Below are positions 12,776-27,040 of a stretch of DNA of 64,000 nucleotides, one piece after another. Position 1 is the stretch's first letter. The number at the start of each line of letters is the position of its first letter. The stretch is taken from positions 284,890,001-284,954,000 of the forward strand of contig OZ024740.1 of the NCBI GenBank assembly GCA_964016885.1, given 5' to 3'. Source of the DNA: Eledone cirrhosa (lineage: Eukaryota). A program made the translations under genes and the position numbers. Under the pieces are notes generated by a model. That model saw nothing but the letters and a program-made list of their open reading frames with translations. It ran no database searches and was not told where the DNA came from.

Positions 12776-14624
12776 ATTTCAATTTATTGCTTCAAAGGTA
12801 TGTGTGTATGATGGTGGTGTCTATGAGAGGATTGATCTTAATAGAGTGTAGGTTTAAAAATCAGAAATATTTCTCTGAAAGTATTATACAAGTTTTTCAA
12901 TCAAAAAGCATGATTAGATAAAATACACACACAATTTATATTTGTTAATCTTACCATGTATTTTATTGGTATAAAATGTTTACAGAGAATTTCATTATTC
13001 TTCTTAGACAAAATATCTGGCAATGAGCAAAGAGGTATTCTGCTCATAGTAAATATCTGTTATTAAAAGCAAGAATTCAAACAGGAGCTGTGTGTGTGTG
13101 TGTGTGTGTGATGCTAAACAATTATGCACTAGGAGCTAGAAACATAGCACAGTATAAATATATATCAATTGGAAACTAGAAATGTATAGCAAGCTCGAAG
13201 CTTGTGCTAATATGTAAAGCTTCCAAATACCAATATAGCTTGGTGGAGAGATCCATGAAGTGATATGTGACAGGAAGAAAAATTAAAAGAAATTGGAATA
13301 AAATGGTGGGAGAGAGGAGGACTCCTGCAAGAGGTTATAAAAGAAGAAAATGGGGAATAAGTAAAAGAGAAAACCAGCAAATTGAAGAAAATTAAAGCTT
13401 TTATGGGTGATAGAACAAAAGATGATAAAAATAAAGAGGGATCAATAGATGAAAATACATAAGCAAGTATGTCTGAACTTCAGTAATTTACTGTTTTTCA
13501 TTTTATTAAATATTATACACAGTTGAAGAACGCAACATTGGAATATATCAACATAGAACACTTTTAATGAGGAACAATGGTTTTAGGACTTTTTTAAACA
13601 TGAAAAATTAAGAAAAATTGTGACCAAGTCCTTATTTTTACCTACAAAATATTTCTGTACAAATCTTATTTCAAATATTATTTTGTAAAAATATGGAAAC
13701 AAATAAACTGAGAATTTGTGAAGCCTATTCGGAATATATTTAAATTCAAGAGAGGTATAAGGGTTGGGTAGGAGTAAAAACGTCCCATGGTGATACAGAA
13801 TCATGAATAAACCAATAACTAAAATGTAGTTTCCACATTTGATAACAGCTGTATGGATTTAATACAAATAATAACAAGATTGACCTTTCATAAAGTCATT
13901 GGTAATTAACAGAATAAGTAATGATGATGACATCAATTCCTAAAATTATATTCAAGGATTATCATTTTATTACTTTGTAGGAAAATAAATACTTGACTGT
14001 CTTTAACATTAGTTAAGGCATTCAAGGGATGAAAGACAGCACCATATTAATAGAGTTACATAACCAAGGGACATTAGAACAATATCATAACATTGTACAA
14101 TACTACAAGTAAAAAAAACCAAAAAACTATCAGCGCTTTCGTTTATTTTTGTTTTATATTTTAAAACTATTTGTTATGGAAAAACTTTCGATAAGTACTC
14201 AAGTATTAATAAGAGTTGTGTCCCTTGCAAATTTTTAGTGATTTGTTTTTTTTTAAGTTGAGAGTTACTTCCCATACTAACTTTCAAAAAACAAAAACAA
14301 AAACAATTTCACTTAGTTGTTTCGTCATGTCTTGCAGCAAAAAAAAAGAAAAAAAAAAGACAAAAAATATTTTAATAAATAAAATAAGGCTTGTCAGGTA
14401 GATTATGTATTGTTGTTTTGACAGCACAGCAGTATAAATTCGTAAAAAGAATTCACTCCTAGTATTTTGATTAGTATTACAAAATCTTCTGTATAGCAAC
14501 AGATAGATTACTGAGAAGCACCCAAACACAGTGCAATGAAATCCAAGAATAAAGAACAAAAATCTGGATTATTTAAAACCAAATTTCTAACACATTTTCT
14601 TCTGTCCAGTCTTCTATTTGAACC

Positions 14625-14860
14625 TCAACTGCGGTCATGATCTTTTTTGTCATCATTTTCCTCTGGAACATCCATTTCTGTAATGTTTTCCTTTTCAGTG
14701 TCATTTGCATTATTTGCAACATCTTCGTCATCATTCGTTTTCTCTACATTTCCATCATTTTCAGAAGTTTTATCTTCATCCTTCTTGTTACTACCCTCTG
14801 ACGTTTCTGATTCTTCATGGCTGTCATCACTTTCTGGCCCTGAACTTGCACTTTGTTTTT
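14625..14860 (-). CDS. LNPK: Lunapark last coding exon (acidic tail, stop TGA)
   Basis: Acceptor cttttgtttccAG, phase 1. D/E-rich (E)KQSASSGPESDDSHEE...KKDHDRS*, followed by AT-rich, TE-poor sequence consistent with a 3' UTR. Confidence 0.85.
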
Positions 14861-15699
14861 CTGGAAACAAAAGTAGTTACCTTAAGTAATATGAGTGAAA
14901 ATAAAATCAAGGAAAAAATTACTGTAAATCAAGTTCGCTTAATAACAGACTATAACATTTTCTTTTTTTTCACTGTTTTGCATTTTGTTTTTCTTCCTGT
15001 TCCTATTTTCTTAGCTAGATGGTTAAACAACACAAATGATTTGAAAGAATTTTGGAAGATAGTGTTTATAATGCTAAGCATAACTATGGCTGGCTGCAAG
15101 CATGGATACTGTAATTACGAAGTCTGATTTCCATTAACATGGTCATTCCAGATTTGATCCCAGTGCAGAGCCCTTCAAGCAAATGTCCTTCAGTTAACTA
15201 AAACTTTGTGAGTGAAATCTTCTAAGATGAAACCTATGCAGAAGTCCATTGTGTGTGTGTGTGCTGGGTATATATATATATATATGTCATTACCACAACA
15301 GAAGTCCGACAAGCTTTTGATTCCAGAGTTGGGTCAGATCGATACAGATCAAACCTTGAGCTGATCAATAGCGAAATGCGCATCACTATTCAATAAATGT
15401 AATGAAGATATAACAAATCGTCCTTTTTATTATTTATATATATGGTGTAAGAAAATCTATCCAATCCACACTGCAAAATGGCTGGTGGTAGGAAGGGCAT
15501 CCACTTAAAACCATGGCAAAAATAACAATGTTCACATCAACAAAGTTAGCTGTTTTTTCTCTCTTGCTGTGTATGCTAGATAACAAAATACTACAATGAG
15601 TCGGAAGATACTGAGAAACCCATCAGCATGAAAAAATGGACATAAAATGATGATCACTATGATTATGGTTAAATATTTTATTTAAGCATAATGCAAAAA

Positions 15700-17145
15700 T
15701 TCAGAATTGATGAGATGGAACTCACTAATTCTACAGCTTTATTATGCCCTCTTCCTTGTGAGACAGCTGCAGGAGAAGTACTTAGCTATAAGCAAGCCCC
15801 TATACCTAGCATCTGTTGACCTGGAAAAAGCTTTTGACAGGGTTCCCCACTCCATAATCTGATGGGTTTTTAGGAAACTAGGTGTTGAGGAATGGCTTGT
15901 AAGGATGGTACAAGGTATTAACAGAGGTGCAGACAATAAAGTTAGAGTCAACAATGAATATAGTGATGAATTTAGTGTGCAGGTGGGGGTCAACCAGGGC
16001 TCTGTTCCCAGCCGCCTCCTGTTTATTATTGTCCTTCGGGCCATAACAAGGTGTTTAAGACTGGCTGCCTGTAGGAACTCTTATATTATGATGGTCTAAA
16101 TAGTTCTCATAGCTGAAACTGCAGCAGATATAGAGAAGCAAAACCTGGAATCAAAAGGCCTCAGAGTTAACCTAGCAAAGACCAAAGTCCTTGTAATTAA
16201 AAAAGAAAACAAGACCCTAATTTCCTCAGGCAAATGGTCTTGCTCAGTATATAGGAAAGGAGTATATAGAAATTCCATCTATGTGCAAAATGTAGGCTAT
16301 GGGTACACAAAAGATGTAGTGGGATCGCAGGCAGGCTAGCAAAGAATACAGAATTTCTATGTGGTTGATGCACAGGAGCAATAAACAAGCTCTATCAAAT
16401 GCCCAGATGGCTCCCTACAAATAGTTGACAGCTTCTGCTACCTGGGGGACTAAATTAGCAGTGGCAATGGGTGTTCTGAAAGTACAATAGTCATAGTGAG
16501 GGTGGGCTGGAAAAAGTTCATGGAGCTATTACCACTGCTTACTACAAAGGGTCTCTCTTTCAAAGTAAAAAACAGATTGTATGATGTTTGTGTGCAAATA
16601 GCAATGCTACATGATAGTGACACTTGGGCTTTGTGTACCGAGGACTTACAGAAATTGGACAGAAACAAGACAAGTATGCTTTGATGGATGTATAATTGTA
16701 ATATACATGGGCGACAAAGTATGAATGAGCTGAGAGAAAAGCTGGGTATAAGAGGCACTTGTTGCAGCATGCAGAAAAGGAGACTGCGACGGTATGGACA
16801 TGTGATGCATATGAAGGATGATAGCTACATAAAGAAATACCAAGCACTCAAGGTCAAAGGAACTTTTCGAAAGGGAAGGCTTAGGAAAATGTGGGATGAT
16901 GTGGTGAAGGCCAATTTCATGCAGCTAAATTTCATAAAGTGGTCATATAGGCGACACAACAAAAAGTACCCAGCACACACTGCAAATGTGGTTGGTGTTA
17001 GGAAGGACATCCAACCTTAGAAACCAAGCCAAAACCAGTTCTGTATGAGCAAGTTATGGTCATCAGACCTGGGGCAATTCGTATAACTCATGCTAGCATG
17101 GAAAATGAACGTTAAACAGTGATGATGATGATGCTGATGATGAGA
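15700..17145 (+). mobile_element. 5'-truncated decayed RTE LINE (RT and 3' tail)
   Basis: DLEKAFDRVP, NQGSVPS and WKKFMELLPLL remnants with stops. Tail motif GGAAGGACATCCAACC...GTTAAA followed by (GAT)n. Confidence 0.9.
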
Positions 17146-20100
17146 TGACCCAGGATCAAGAAAACTGCTGATATAATATAGAGACTTGCCTGCCCATGCA
17201 AGTGGAATGAAGCAACACAAAGAGATACAACACTTGGGTCCTATCCACTGCCTGCCAGTATACTCCTGAATTATCTGCTCGCATGCCTCTGATCCCCTTC
17301 TCCACATTAAACCTGAAGAAGCAGATAAACCAACTCACAGGTCGTTGTCTGGTCCAACCCATGCTAGCACGGAAAGCTAGAATGAACCTTGACTGATTTA
17401 CCACCCCTGCTGAACCCTTGCACCCCCAACACTTTTGCAACCCATGAAAGTCTGGCACATACCAAAATAATAGACATCACCCACTTGCTCCAAGCAGCAT
17501 ATATACACCCCTTTTAGACCATCAAGGGAAACTAGGCACACCCCCACAATATGTCGGACACTATCCATTTCAAGGTGATCACCATGACTACCCCCCTCCA
17601 GTAGTATAATGTCTGTACCTCAACCCCAACCCTCACCAAATGAGTAGATAAGGTAATTGCCGTAAACAGAGTGAACAACAGGATCATTAAAATTAGACTA
17701 GTTTTAAATAGAACAACTGTGTCAAGTATATCCGCTTAAACACCTCAATCTGGTCTACCAGACATTATAAAAGACAGGTTCTATGAGTTGCTAATGCTCA
17801 CTACTTCCCAAAGAACCGACAGTGACTACATAATTATTGCTGGTGACCTTAATGGTCATGTCGGACAACATTGTGATGGCTATGACAGGATCCATGGAGG
17901 TTATATGTTTGGTACTAGAAATGAGGAAGGCTTCAGGATCTTCAAATTTTGTGATGCCAATAACCTAACTATCTGTAACACAAACTTCAAAAAGTGAGAC
18001 AATTACTTGATCACCTATAAATCAGGGGAGCACACCAGCCAGATAGATTTTATCTTTACCAGAAGACGAGAGAGTGTCTGTTGTAAACACTAAGTGCTGC
18101 CCTGGTGAAGAATGCACCTCCCAACATAGCCTAATAGTTAGTGACCTCATAGTCAGGGCTAAACGAACTTAACGGCAGAGGACAACCTTAAGGAGAAGAA
18201 TGTGGAAGTTGAAGCCAGTAACAAATTTAAAGGGATGTTACTTGATGCTTTTGACAGTAAGGAAAATCAATTAGAGATGTACAACATAGAGGAGCAGTGG
18301 GAATTCTTGAAGGCGACAGATGAAATCTGTGGCTAGAGCAGACCTTTAGGCAGGAGGAGAGTAACTTGGTGGTGGAACAGTAAGGTGGAAGAGACAACTA
18401 AGGCCAAAAGATGGGCTTGGAAAGAATGGCAGGATAGGAAAAGTAGAGAACACTATCAGGTGGCGAGGAGAGAAGCTAGGCGTCAAGTGAACTTTGCAAG
18501 AAGTGAAGCAGAGGATAGAAAGTTCAAGCATGTTCTACAATGCGATGACCAAAAACGTGAGGTGTTCAGGATTGTCAAGGAAAATTGTGATATTGTCAGG
18601 GAGAAGTGTATCTGTAATGATAATGGTATACTTGCCCTCACTGATAAGAAGGTAGCATGGAAGTGCCATTACAAGAGACTACTAAATGAGGAGAATGAAT
18701 GGGGTAAAGATAGTTTGCTCCAAGTTGATCCAACAGAGGGACTAACTGTGCAAGTAAGTAAGGCAATCAAAGGTATGAAGACAGGCAAGGCAGCTGGGCC
18801 TTTGGAGATGTTGAATGCATCTGGAATGGTGGGACACACTATGGTCACCCGATAGTAAACCAATACAGAATGGGATCATACCAAATGACTGACTTGCGTA
18901 GCAGCATCATCGTTAACTGCTACAAGGGCAAAGAAGATGCTCTAGATAGAGAAAACTATAGAGGCACTAATTTAGTTGACCAGGTCATGAAGGCCACAGA
19001 AATAGTTATCGCACAGTTAATTAGGGACTGAATTGATCTAGATGAAATGCAGTTTGGGTTTGTATCAGGTAAAAGTACCACTCTTCCTCATACGGAAACT
19101 ACAGGAGAAGTACCTAGTTAAAAGTAAACCCCTCTACTTAACTAGTGTTGACTTGGAGAAAGCCTTTGAGAGAGTCCCCCACTCCATTATCTGGTGAGCT
19201 CTTAGAAAACTAGGAGTAGATGAGTGGCTTGTGAAAGCTATACAAGCCATGTATAGTAGAACAGTCAGCAAAGTTTAAATTAACAATGAATACATTGAAG
19301 AATTTAGTGTAAAAGTAGGTGTTCACCAAGGCTCCATCCTTAGCCCCCTCCTATTTATCCCTACAGGCTATAACATAAGAGTTTAAGACTGGCTGCCCAT
19401 GGTAACTTCTATATGCAGATAAACTAACTCTCATAGCTGAATCTATGGCAGAACTAAAGAAGAAATTCCAAACCTGAAAGCATGGCCTAGAATCAAAAGA
19501 CCTTAAAGTTAACTTGTCTAAGACTAAAGTTCTAGTATTTAGAAAGGAAAATAGGGCACAGGTTCCCTCTGGGAAATGGCCTTGCTCAGTGTACAGGAAA
19601 GGAGTAGGTAGAAATTCCATTCTCTGTCCCAAATGCAAGCTATGTGTACATAAAAGATGGGATCACAGGCAAGCTATCTAAGAATGTAGGTTTTATATAT
19701 GGCCAATGCTCAGGTGCAATAAGTAGCAAGTCCCCACTGGATACTAACTCCTTCAACTGCCCAGATGGTTCTATAGAAATAGTGGACAATTTCCGTTACC
19801 TGGGTGACAAAATCAGAAGTGGGGAAGGGTGTTCTGAAAGTACAGTAGCCAGAGTTAGAACGAGAAGGAAAAAGTTCATAGAGCTAATAACGCTGTTGGC
19901 CACAAAAGGTTTCTCTCTAAAAATGAAAGGCAGATTGTATAATGCTTGTATACGAACAGCAATGTTACATAGTAGTGAGACCTGGGCATTGTGAGCAGAA
20001 GATCTACGCTGATTGGAAAGAAATGAAGCATGCATGCTCCAATGGATGTGTAATAGTAATATGCACAAAAGGCAAAGTGTAAATGAACTAAGTGAGAAAT

Positions 20101-20738
20101 TAGGCATAAGAGGGATCAGACGCGATATACTAGAGAGAAGATTGTGTTGGTATGGTCATGTGATGCATATGAAGGACGACAGCTGAATAAAAAAGTGCAG
20201 AGTGATCAAAAGTGATGGAAGCTACGGAGTAGGTAGACCCAGAAAGTCCTGGGATGAGGTGATAAAAGCTTACCATGCACACTTGCACATCTCTAAGACA
20301 ATGACACAGGATCGAGATCTTTGGCACGATGCAGTAATACAGAAGACCCACCTTCCCTTGCGCATGGACTTAAACTTACACTCAGTAGGCACCTCTTAAT
20401 CCAATATACACTCCACGCCACCCTTACTCTGTAAAGTTATGTTGGTACAACAAAACATCCAGCCCACACTGTAAAGTGGTTGTGTAGGTGTGCCACAACA
20501 AAAAGCATCCAGCCCACACTGTTAAGTGGTCATGTAGGAGACACAGCAAAAAACGCCCAGCACACACTGTAAATGTGGTTGGCGTTAGGAAGGGCATCCA
20601 GCCGTAGAAAACTAATCAGAAACAGTCCTATATGATCGAGACACGGTCACCCGACCTAAGGTGCCACAAATGGGAGAAACCCGTCTAACCCATGCTAGCG
20701 CAAAAGATAGACGTTAAGTGATGATGAAGATGATGATT
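17146..20738 (+). mobile_element. Long decayed RTE LINE, same family as 53905-57480
   Basis: GDLNGHVG APE motif, RT and C-terminal remnants with many stops and frameshifts. 3' UTR has ~40-nt repeats and a (GAT)n tail. Confidence 0.92.
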
Positions 20739-20942
20739 ACTCTATATATACTATTGTATTTTTGTGGTAAAGGCTTTATCTTACATAATTATCTCACACA
20801 ATATGGAATCTACGAGATTTTGATATTTATTTTGAGAACAATTCCTTAACATAAGTATGAGCAGCCAGTTACAAACGGTTTGAACAGAAAGAGGTGAGAG
20901 AATTCTGGCTGGATATGGCTGGATTAAATGCTAAAGGGTTAA
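20737..20942. mobile_element. MITE family A, one end replaced by an RTE tail (another one-ended copy at 45542-45750)
   Basis: Interior homology plus a single AATGCTAAAGGGTTAA end. Confidence 0.8.
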
Positions 20943-21193
20943 GACAGTTGTAGAAAAAAAAACCAACTGTCATATGTTTAAAGGGATAACAATAGGAATA
21001 TAAGCTAACATATAAGTGGCTATATCAGTGCCAGTCTAAAGAAAAAGACATGACAATATTGATGATGAGGAGGAAAATTAGCAATTGGGAGTATATAATA
21101 ATTAAAATTTTAAACTTCAAGAGTAAATAAAACTTATACGAAAAAGAAAAAAACAAAAGCTTTGGATACATTAAAGAAGTAAACAATATTTAC

Positions 21194-21337
21194 CAAAAGT
21201 TAAACTAAGTTTTGTTTCTGGTGCTTGATTTGGTGAAGAGGATAGTGATGGCTGAGGCGATAAAATGTCAAGTTTTGGTGCCTGAGGCCGTTGTTTTTTA
21301 GCTGGATTTAAATAGAAACAATAACAGCACCGAAAGC
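21194..21337 (-). CDS. LNPK: Lunapark coding exon, 144 nt (second CxxC and LNPAxK motif)
   Basis: Encodes (S)FRCCYCFYLNPAKKQRPQAPKL...; the LNPARK signature appears as LNPAKK. Acceptor ttttatAG, donor GTAAAT. Confidence 0.96.
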
Positions 21338-22346
21338 CTATAAAACAAAAAATAAAACACTGTGAAAAGTCTGAAGATTTGTAGGAGAGTTTTAGAATAA
21401 ATAATATAACAAAACATCTTAGCTTTAACTCTTTAAAATGATTATTAAAAAATAAACATTTAATGGTAAATGATAGCTTTATTGAGCACTTCAATCTGAG
21501 AGATAATGGACCACTCAGTAATTTACTGCATTCTTCAAAAGAGCAAGCAACAAGATGTTTATACAGACAATTTATGAATGTTTTGCAATTAATAGAATAT
21601 TAATAGAGTATTAGATATTAGTATAGGTTTTCTTCACAATTAACAAAAGATTTCCAATTTTTTATGATATCACACATATATTCTCAGTGCCACTTTATTT
21701 TCTGTCTCATTTCCCCCTTCTATAAAAACTCCCATCACTTTCTCTCCCTGACTGGCTAAGGACACAATTGACATTGAGCTGATGACATGGTAAAATACAT
21801 TCAGTACACACTGTAAAGTTGTGGGCATTAGGAAGGGCCTCCAGCCACAGAAACTTTGCCAAAATGAAGCATATATGACATGGTCATCTGACTTGTCAAA
21901 TCTCAGAATATGACAACCTGTTCAACCCATGCCAGCATGGAATAAATGTAAAATGATGTGTGTCTGTGTGTGTGCATGCGTGTGTGTGCAGCAGTACAAC
22001 TACATGGTTTCAGGTTCAATCTTATTAGATGACAACTTGAGCAAGTCACTTCTACAAGTGCCCTGGCCTGACCAATGCTATGTCAGTGAAATTTAGCAGA
22101 AAGAAATTGTGTAGAAGCCTGTTGTATATCATCATCAACATTTAACGTCCATTTTCCATGCTTGCATGGTTTAGACAAGTTGTCACGTTATGAGACAAGT
22201 TAGGTCAGGTGACCATGTCTTGCTCATACAGATCTGTATGTTTGCTTGGTTTCTATGGCTGGATGCGCTTCCTAATGCCTATCACACTACAGTGTGGACA
22301 GGGTGCTTTTTGCCATGTCACCAGCCTGAGCATCTTACATAGTGAA

Positions 22347-22389
<43 letters not shown>

Positions 22390-22394
<5 letters not shown>

Positions 22395-23068
22395 AGGTGT
22401 ATCAAAAAAGAAATAGAACTGGGGTTGCAAAATAAATATTTCAAATACAAACTACAAGATTTTCCCTTCTAAAATAATCCCCCTTGAGTTTAAGGCACTT
22501 TCCCATCCTTCTCCACCACACCTCCATGCACTCCTGGAGGGATTCTCTGCAGCCCCATTGTCACGGTCCTCTTGATGGCTTCCATGCCTGCAAAATGGGT
22601 TCCCTTGATGACCCTCAAGCTTGTAGAAAATGAAAAAATCACACGGGGTCAGGTCGGGTGAACAGGGAGGTTGCTCCAGTATGGCGATGTTGTTCTTGAT
22701 CAGGAACTGCTAGATGCTTCAGCACGCAGATCTTCTGCATGCCGAAATCTTCAGTGATAATTTTCCAAATACTGTCACAGTTCATGTCCAGCTCACTTGT
22801 GATCAATTAAACAGTCAGCTGATGATCAGCATGCACCACATGCCTCATGCACTCAACATTTGCCTCTCTCCTGTCCATCACTGAATGGCCTAAAACTGAG
22901 GAGCTGTTAATAAAAGCATGTGAAAAAACATAAAATGGCTGCAGAGAGCTGAGATCGCAGTTATATACTACCTGGATATTACGTCACACAGTGACACAAT
23001 CTGCTAATCCCTACCCCACTCATAGCTTACACAGCACACTAAGTCCTGTTACTTTTCTCACACACCAT
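22390..23068 (-). mobile_element. Deleted mariner (DD34D-type) element
   Basis: Imperfect TIRs GGTGTATCAAAAAAGAAATAGAACT / GGTGTGTGAGAAAAGTAACAGGACT. Internal QPPCSPDLTPCDFF (the YSPDLAPxD motif). Confidence 0.8.
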
Positions 23069-23217
23069 ATATGTATATATATAATTTTTTGTATCCATAT
23101 GTATATGATGATGCGATTGAGGTAGCAGAGTAATTTATCAAAAGGAATATGCCAATAAATGACTAAAACTAAATCAATATGATGGCAGTAACAAAATAAA
23201 CTAAGAATTAAACTTAC

Positions 23218-23385
23218 TTATATATTCAAACTCTTCTTTAATTGCCATTCCATTGTGGGAAGAGCAATAGCGACATATCAGGGCATATCGGTTCTGGGGC
23301 CCTTCTCCCACTATATAGTCAACTACTTTGTCAAAAGCTGTTCTTTCTCTTGGAGGTACGGGCCTGGGCATTGGAGGGCCTGGAC
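23218..23385 (-). CDS. LNPK: Lunapark coding exon, 168 nt (first half of zinc finger)
   Basis: Encodes PGPPMPRPVPPRERTAFDKVVDYIVGEGPQNRYALICRYCSSHNGMAIKEEFEYI, the diagnostic Lunapark domain. AG acceptor and GTAAGT donor. Confidence 0.96.
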
Positions 23386-24279
23386 CTACAAAAAATAAAT
23401 TAAATGATAAATCCTTTTCTTTGTGTATACAGCATGGAGGAGGAGGGGGAGAAGAAGAGAAGGAGAGAATAGTAAAACATTTTAATTATCAGTAAACGAA
23501 ATTAAACTAATGCATATTGATGGAAAAGTGAAGTTTAATATCAAATTATACACGAGAATTCTGTGACTAGAAATGTTATGAAATTTCTTAACATAAAATC
23601 CCTCCAATTCAATTTGAATGGTGGAGAGATGAAACAAAAAGGCTGGGTATAAGAAGCATTAGACAATTTATAGATATTGGTGATAATTTAGAAAAGTGAT
23701 AAATATTGGATGAAATATGTAATACTATTGCCAGCTGGTGCCTGCTACTGGTACCATGTAACCCAGTACAACCTGCTTCATGATTGAGTGGTCAGCGACT
23801 AAACCAGCTCCCCCACTAGACAAAGGTCTGGTGAGGAGAGTAAGTGGAACCCCAGCAGCACAAAAAGCAAGAGCTGTTAAAAGGGCAGATGAAATCCTCA
23901 AAGTCAATGGCCATCCACTATAACTATGGGTTAAATAGCCTCACCAACTTCCAATTGGCCAAGTATGGTGAGTATGGCTACACCCCTGAAGACATGAACA
24001 AACCCAAAGAGAAAGCAGTGGAGGTCAACCAGAGAGGCTTCCTTCAAAAGGAGTGAGAAAGTCCTGGATTGGATCGCCAATTGGTGGTTGTTAATATTCA
24101 AAGTATAGATAGGTTAATGACAACGAAGAGGATGGACATGAATTAAGAGCATAGAGTCGAAAAGGATTTAACAAAAGACAGAGATAACTAAAAGACAATA
24201 TTGCAAAGTTACACAACACATGTCACAAGAGAAAAAAAGTATTATTAGCAGTCAACAAATTATAAACTTATGCACTGAC

Positions 24280-24453
24280 CATAACTAGAGTGCAGCATTG
24301 GTCTTTGGCTACCATTTAACTGAAAATTGCCTGATATCGGAGTTGAAGTTTGAGGTAACCTTTGTTGAGGATGACCTGTGGACATAGGATGCACTTGAGA
24401 CGGCATTCTCATGACTGGTGTCACTTGAGTGGTTATAATTCGATGGCGCACAC
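24280..24453 (-). CDS. LNPK: Lunapark coding exon, 174 nt (Pro/Ser/Gln-rich linker)
   Basis: Strong polypyrimidine acceptor ttgttttatttAG, donor GTCAGT, phase 1->1. Encodes VRHRIITTQVTPVMRMPSQVHP...PMLHSSY; VRHR resembles the family's (I/L)RQR motif. Confidence 0.85.
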
Positions 24454-24729
24454 CTAAATAAAACAAAAACAACAACAACAAAAATTGGAGAAAATAGTAA
24501 CATTGGACATTCATTTAAAAAGAAGTGCCTGTGTCAGGATTGATAAGGATTAAGCATACATTTGCAAGCTGTAAGAAAGTAGATAAGTTAGTGAAAGGAA
24601 AAACAGATCCACTCACAGAGTTAGTGGCAGTAAGAATGTGTGTGTGTATGTATGCAACTCTGTTGCTTATAGCTCTTTGCTGCTGGCTAATTCTCTCATG
24701 AACCACAGAGCAGCCTAGTATGTGATGTT

Positions 24730-27040
24730 TCACTTTTAGTACATAACCTTTCCTTCACCAAGACTGGGTGCTTAATAACCCCAGGCTAACTTGACAGGGA
24801 TCCTGAGGCATGGGTGGCCTCCACTTATCATCCAGTGCCTTGCTGCCTTGTGAGTGAGTCTAGAAAGACAAAGGCTAAGGAAGTATACCCTGAGAGAAAA
24901 ACCAGCTGTGATATTAAGGCAGTTTCTGTCAGACAGGTTTATTAGGAGGGGCTACCGATTGTCTTAGGTTTCCCTTGCCATTGGATTTATCTCGTTCATG
25001 GCAAAGGTAGTCATGATGGGAAAAGTGTAACTTCCAACACTACTATAAAGTTTCATTGCCTATGTATCTTCTACTGTAATGTGGATCTTCGATGCCTAGA
25101 GAATAGAATCTTGTCTGAGTATGCTGGAAGTTTCTAGTCAGAACATTACATGTCAGTAATACAGGGCAATTGTCATTGGCAGCAGCTGCAATTGAATGTG
25201 AGTTGTCTCCAGCAGACTCCTGAATGAATGAGCAGTCCTCTCTAGGAACTATACTGCTCACCCCTGCTAGAGAAAGACCGAGAAAAAGTGGCCTAAAAAT
25301 CAGTTAAGGGGGGGGGGGGGTATCTTCTTCAGTAAAGGTAGATATTATAGCATGGCAATGGTTTTGCTCTGAGGAAAGTGTCTACCTAACGTGATTGAGA
25401 TACTGGGTAGCATAATTGAGTTGCAAATGTCATTTTTTATTCTCTTTGTTGAGTGCTGTTATGTCATATTTCTGCATGCCTCTGCCATCTAATAATCAAG
25501 ACAAAATCATTCTACTGGGTGATTTTCATGCAAGAGTATGGAGGAATAAGCAAATTTGAGATCGAGTTATGGAGACTCTAGTACTGGGAAAACTAACAGC
25601 AATGGCATTGGACTTCTTTCTCTACGTGCGGGGCATTACCTCACCATTACCATTACTGTCTTTCAGCAGAAGAACAAATATAAGGCCTCCAAACACTTGG
25701 ATTTCATTGCCCATATCTTAGTCAGGTGGGTATACCTCAAATATGTTCTACTTACATGAGCAATGAAGTGGAATTGACTATGGAACAGACCATCACATAA
25801 TACAGATAATGGTCAAATTGAAAGTATGCCTCTTATGACATTCAAAAGCACTAAAACATCAAGAAGCTCAATTTCCTCAAGTTTCATAGTCCTGACATTT
25901 ATAAATAATTTTTCTACTTTCTAGCTGTCAAATTGAAAGATTCAGTGGCACTCATCATCTCAAGAGCTGACACAGATGGCTAATGGTCCTTTTAAACTCC
26001 ACATTCTATTATGCTGCTGCCGAAGTAATGAGATTTAAAAAAACAACAACGTCACGACTGGTTCAATGAGATCGCCAGCATAAACAGTAGGTCCCTTAAT
26101 AATATGCACAAGGCCCAAAGAGCAAGTCTTGGCAACCCCTCATTACACATTCAAGATTTTCAACGTGAGGCTCATACACCCCTTTATATCCTGAAATATG
26201 ACTGGTGGATTGTAAAAGCTCAGGTAATCCAGATAAAAACCCTTTATGGAAATTGTCTGTGACGCCAGTCAAGTTATCAGATGGTTCATCTCTACTGAAA
26301 GATTAGTCTGCAATAATGAAGTACAGGGATGAACACTTCAATAAGCTTCTGAACGAATCGATTCAATAGTCATGGAGAAAGTTTGCAAAATATCTATCAT
26401 TCATCATTTTGACAAACCACAACATTTGCTGCCATCAAAACAAGAAATCTGAACTACAACGTATCAGCAGATATTTGAAGGAGAGTCATCACTTCTGCAA
26501 AAGAGAGTTTCATTGCTATATCATAGACACGTGGAACCAAGAGTGTATACCTCAACATTGGGAAGATGCTAACATTGTCACCATCTATAAAAGCACTCCT
26601 GTCCATTGCTAGGAAACCCTAGCTAAAGTCATAGACAACATACAGCTAACACATTAAAACCCTAGAGGCCTTTAACATCCTGTGTCACCTGATGAGATAG
26701 AATTATGCACACACAATTCCTCCAATGAACCAACACTTGCAGTAATGAATCTAAATTATGTAGACATCAACTAGCATGGCTCAGACTTATAGTGCATGTG
26801 CCTGACTTGTATCTCCTGTGTCAGATCTTTTCTGGGTAGCTACTTCATGACTAATGCCTGGCTAAATGACCAAAGAAGTAGTTGGAAACTAAATGAAGAC
26901 CACTTTGAAGAGGAACAATATGAAACCTTCAAGAGTGGAAGACATGCCGCTTACCAATCACTATGGGAGTCTCACTTTTAGATGGAGAGGGTTGAAAACA
27001 AGGAGAAATGCACTCAACATTATTAGGAGAATGAGAAATG
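24730..27040 (+). mobile_element. Ancient BovB-like RTE LINE relic
   Basis: Remnants DKIILLGDFHARV, NSNGIGLLS, LTITITVFQQKNKYK and IPQHWEDANIVTIYK. Confidence 0.7.

Noticed and set aside
14647-15127. Plus-strand Ser/Phe-rich ORFs
   Set aside because: Antisense shadows of the acidic last Lunapark exon.
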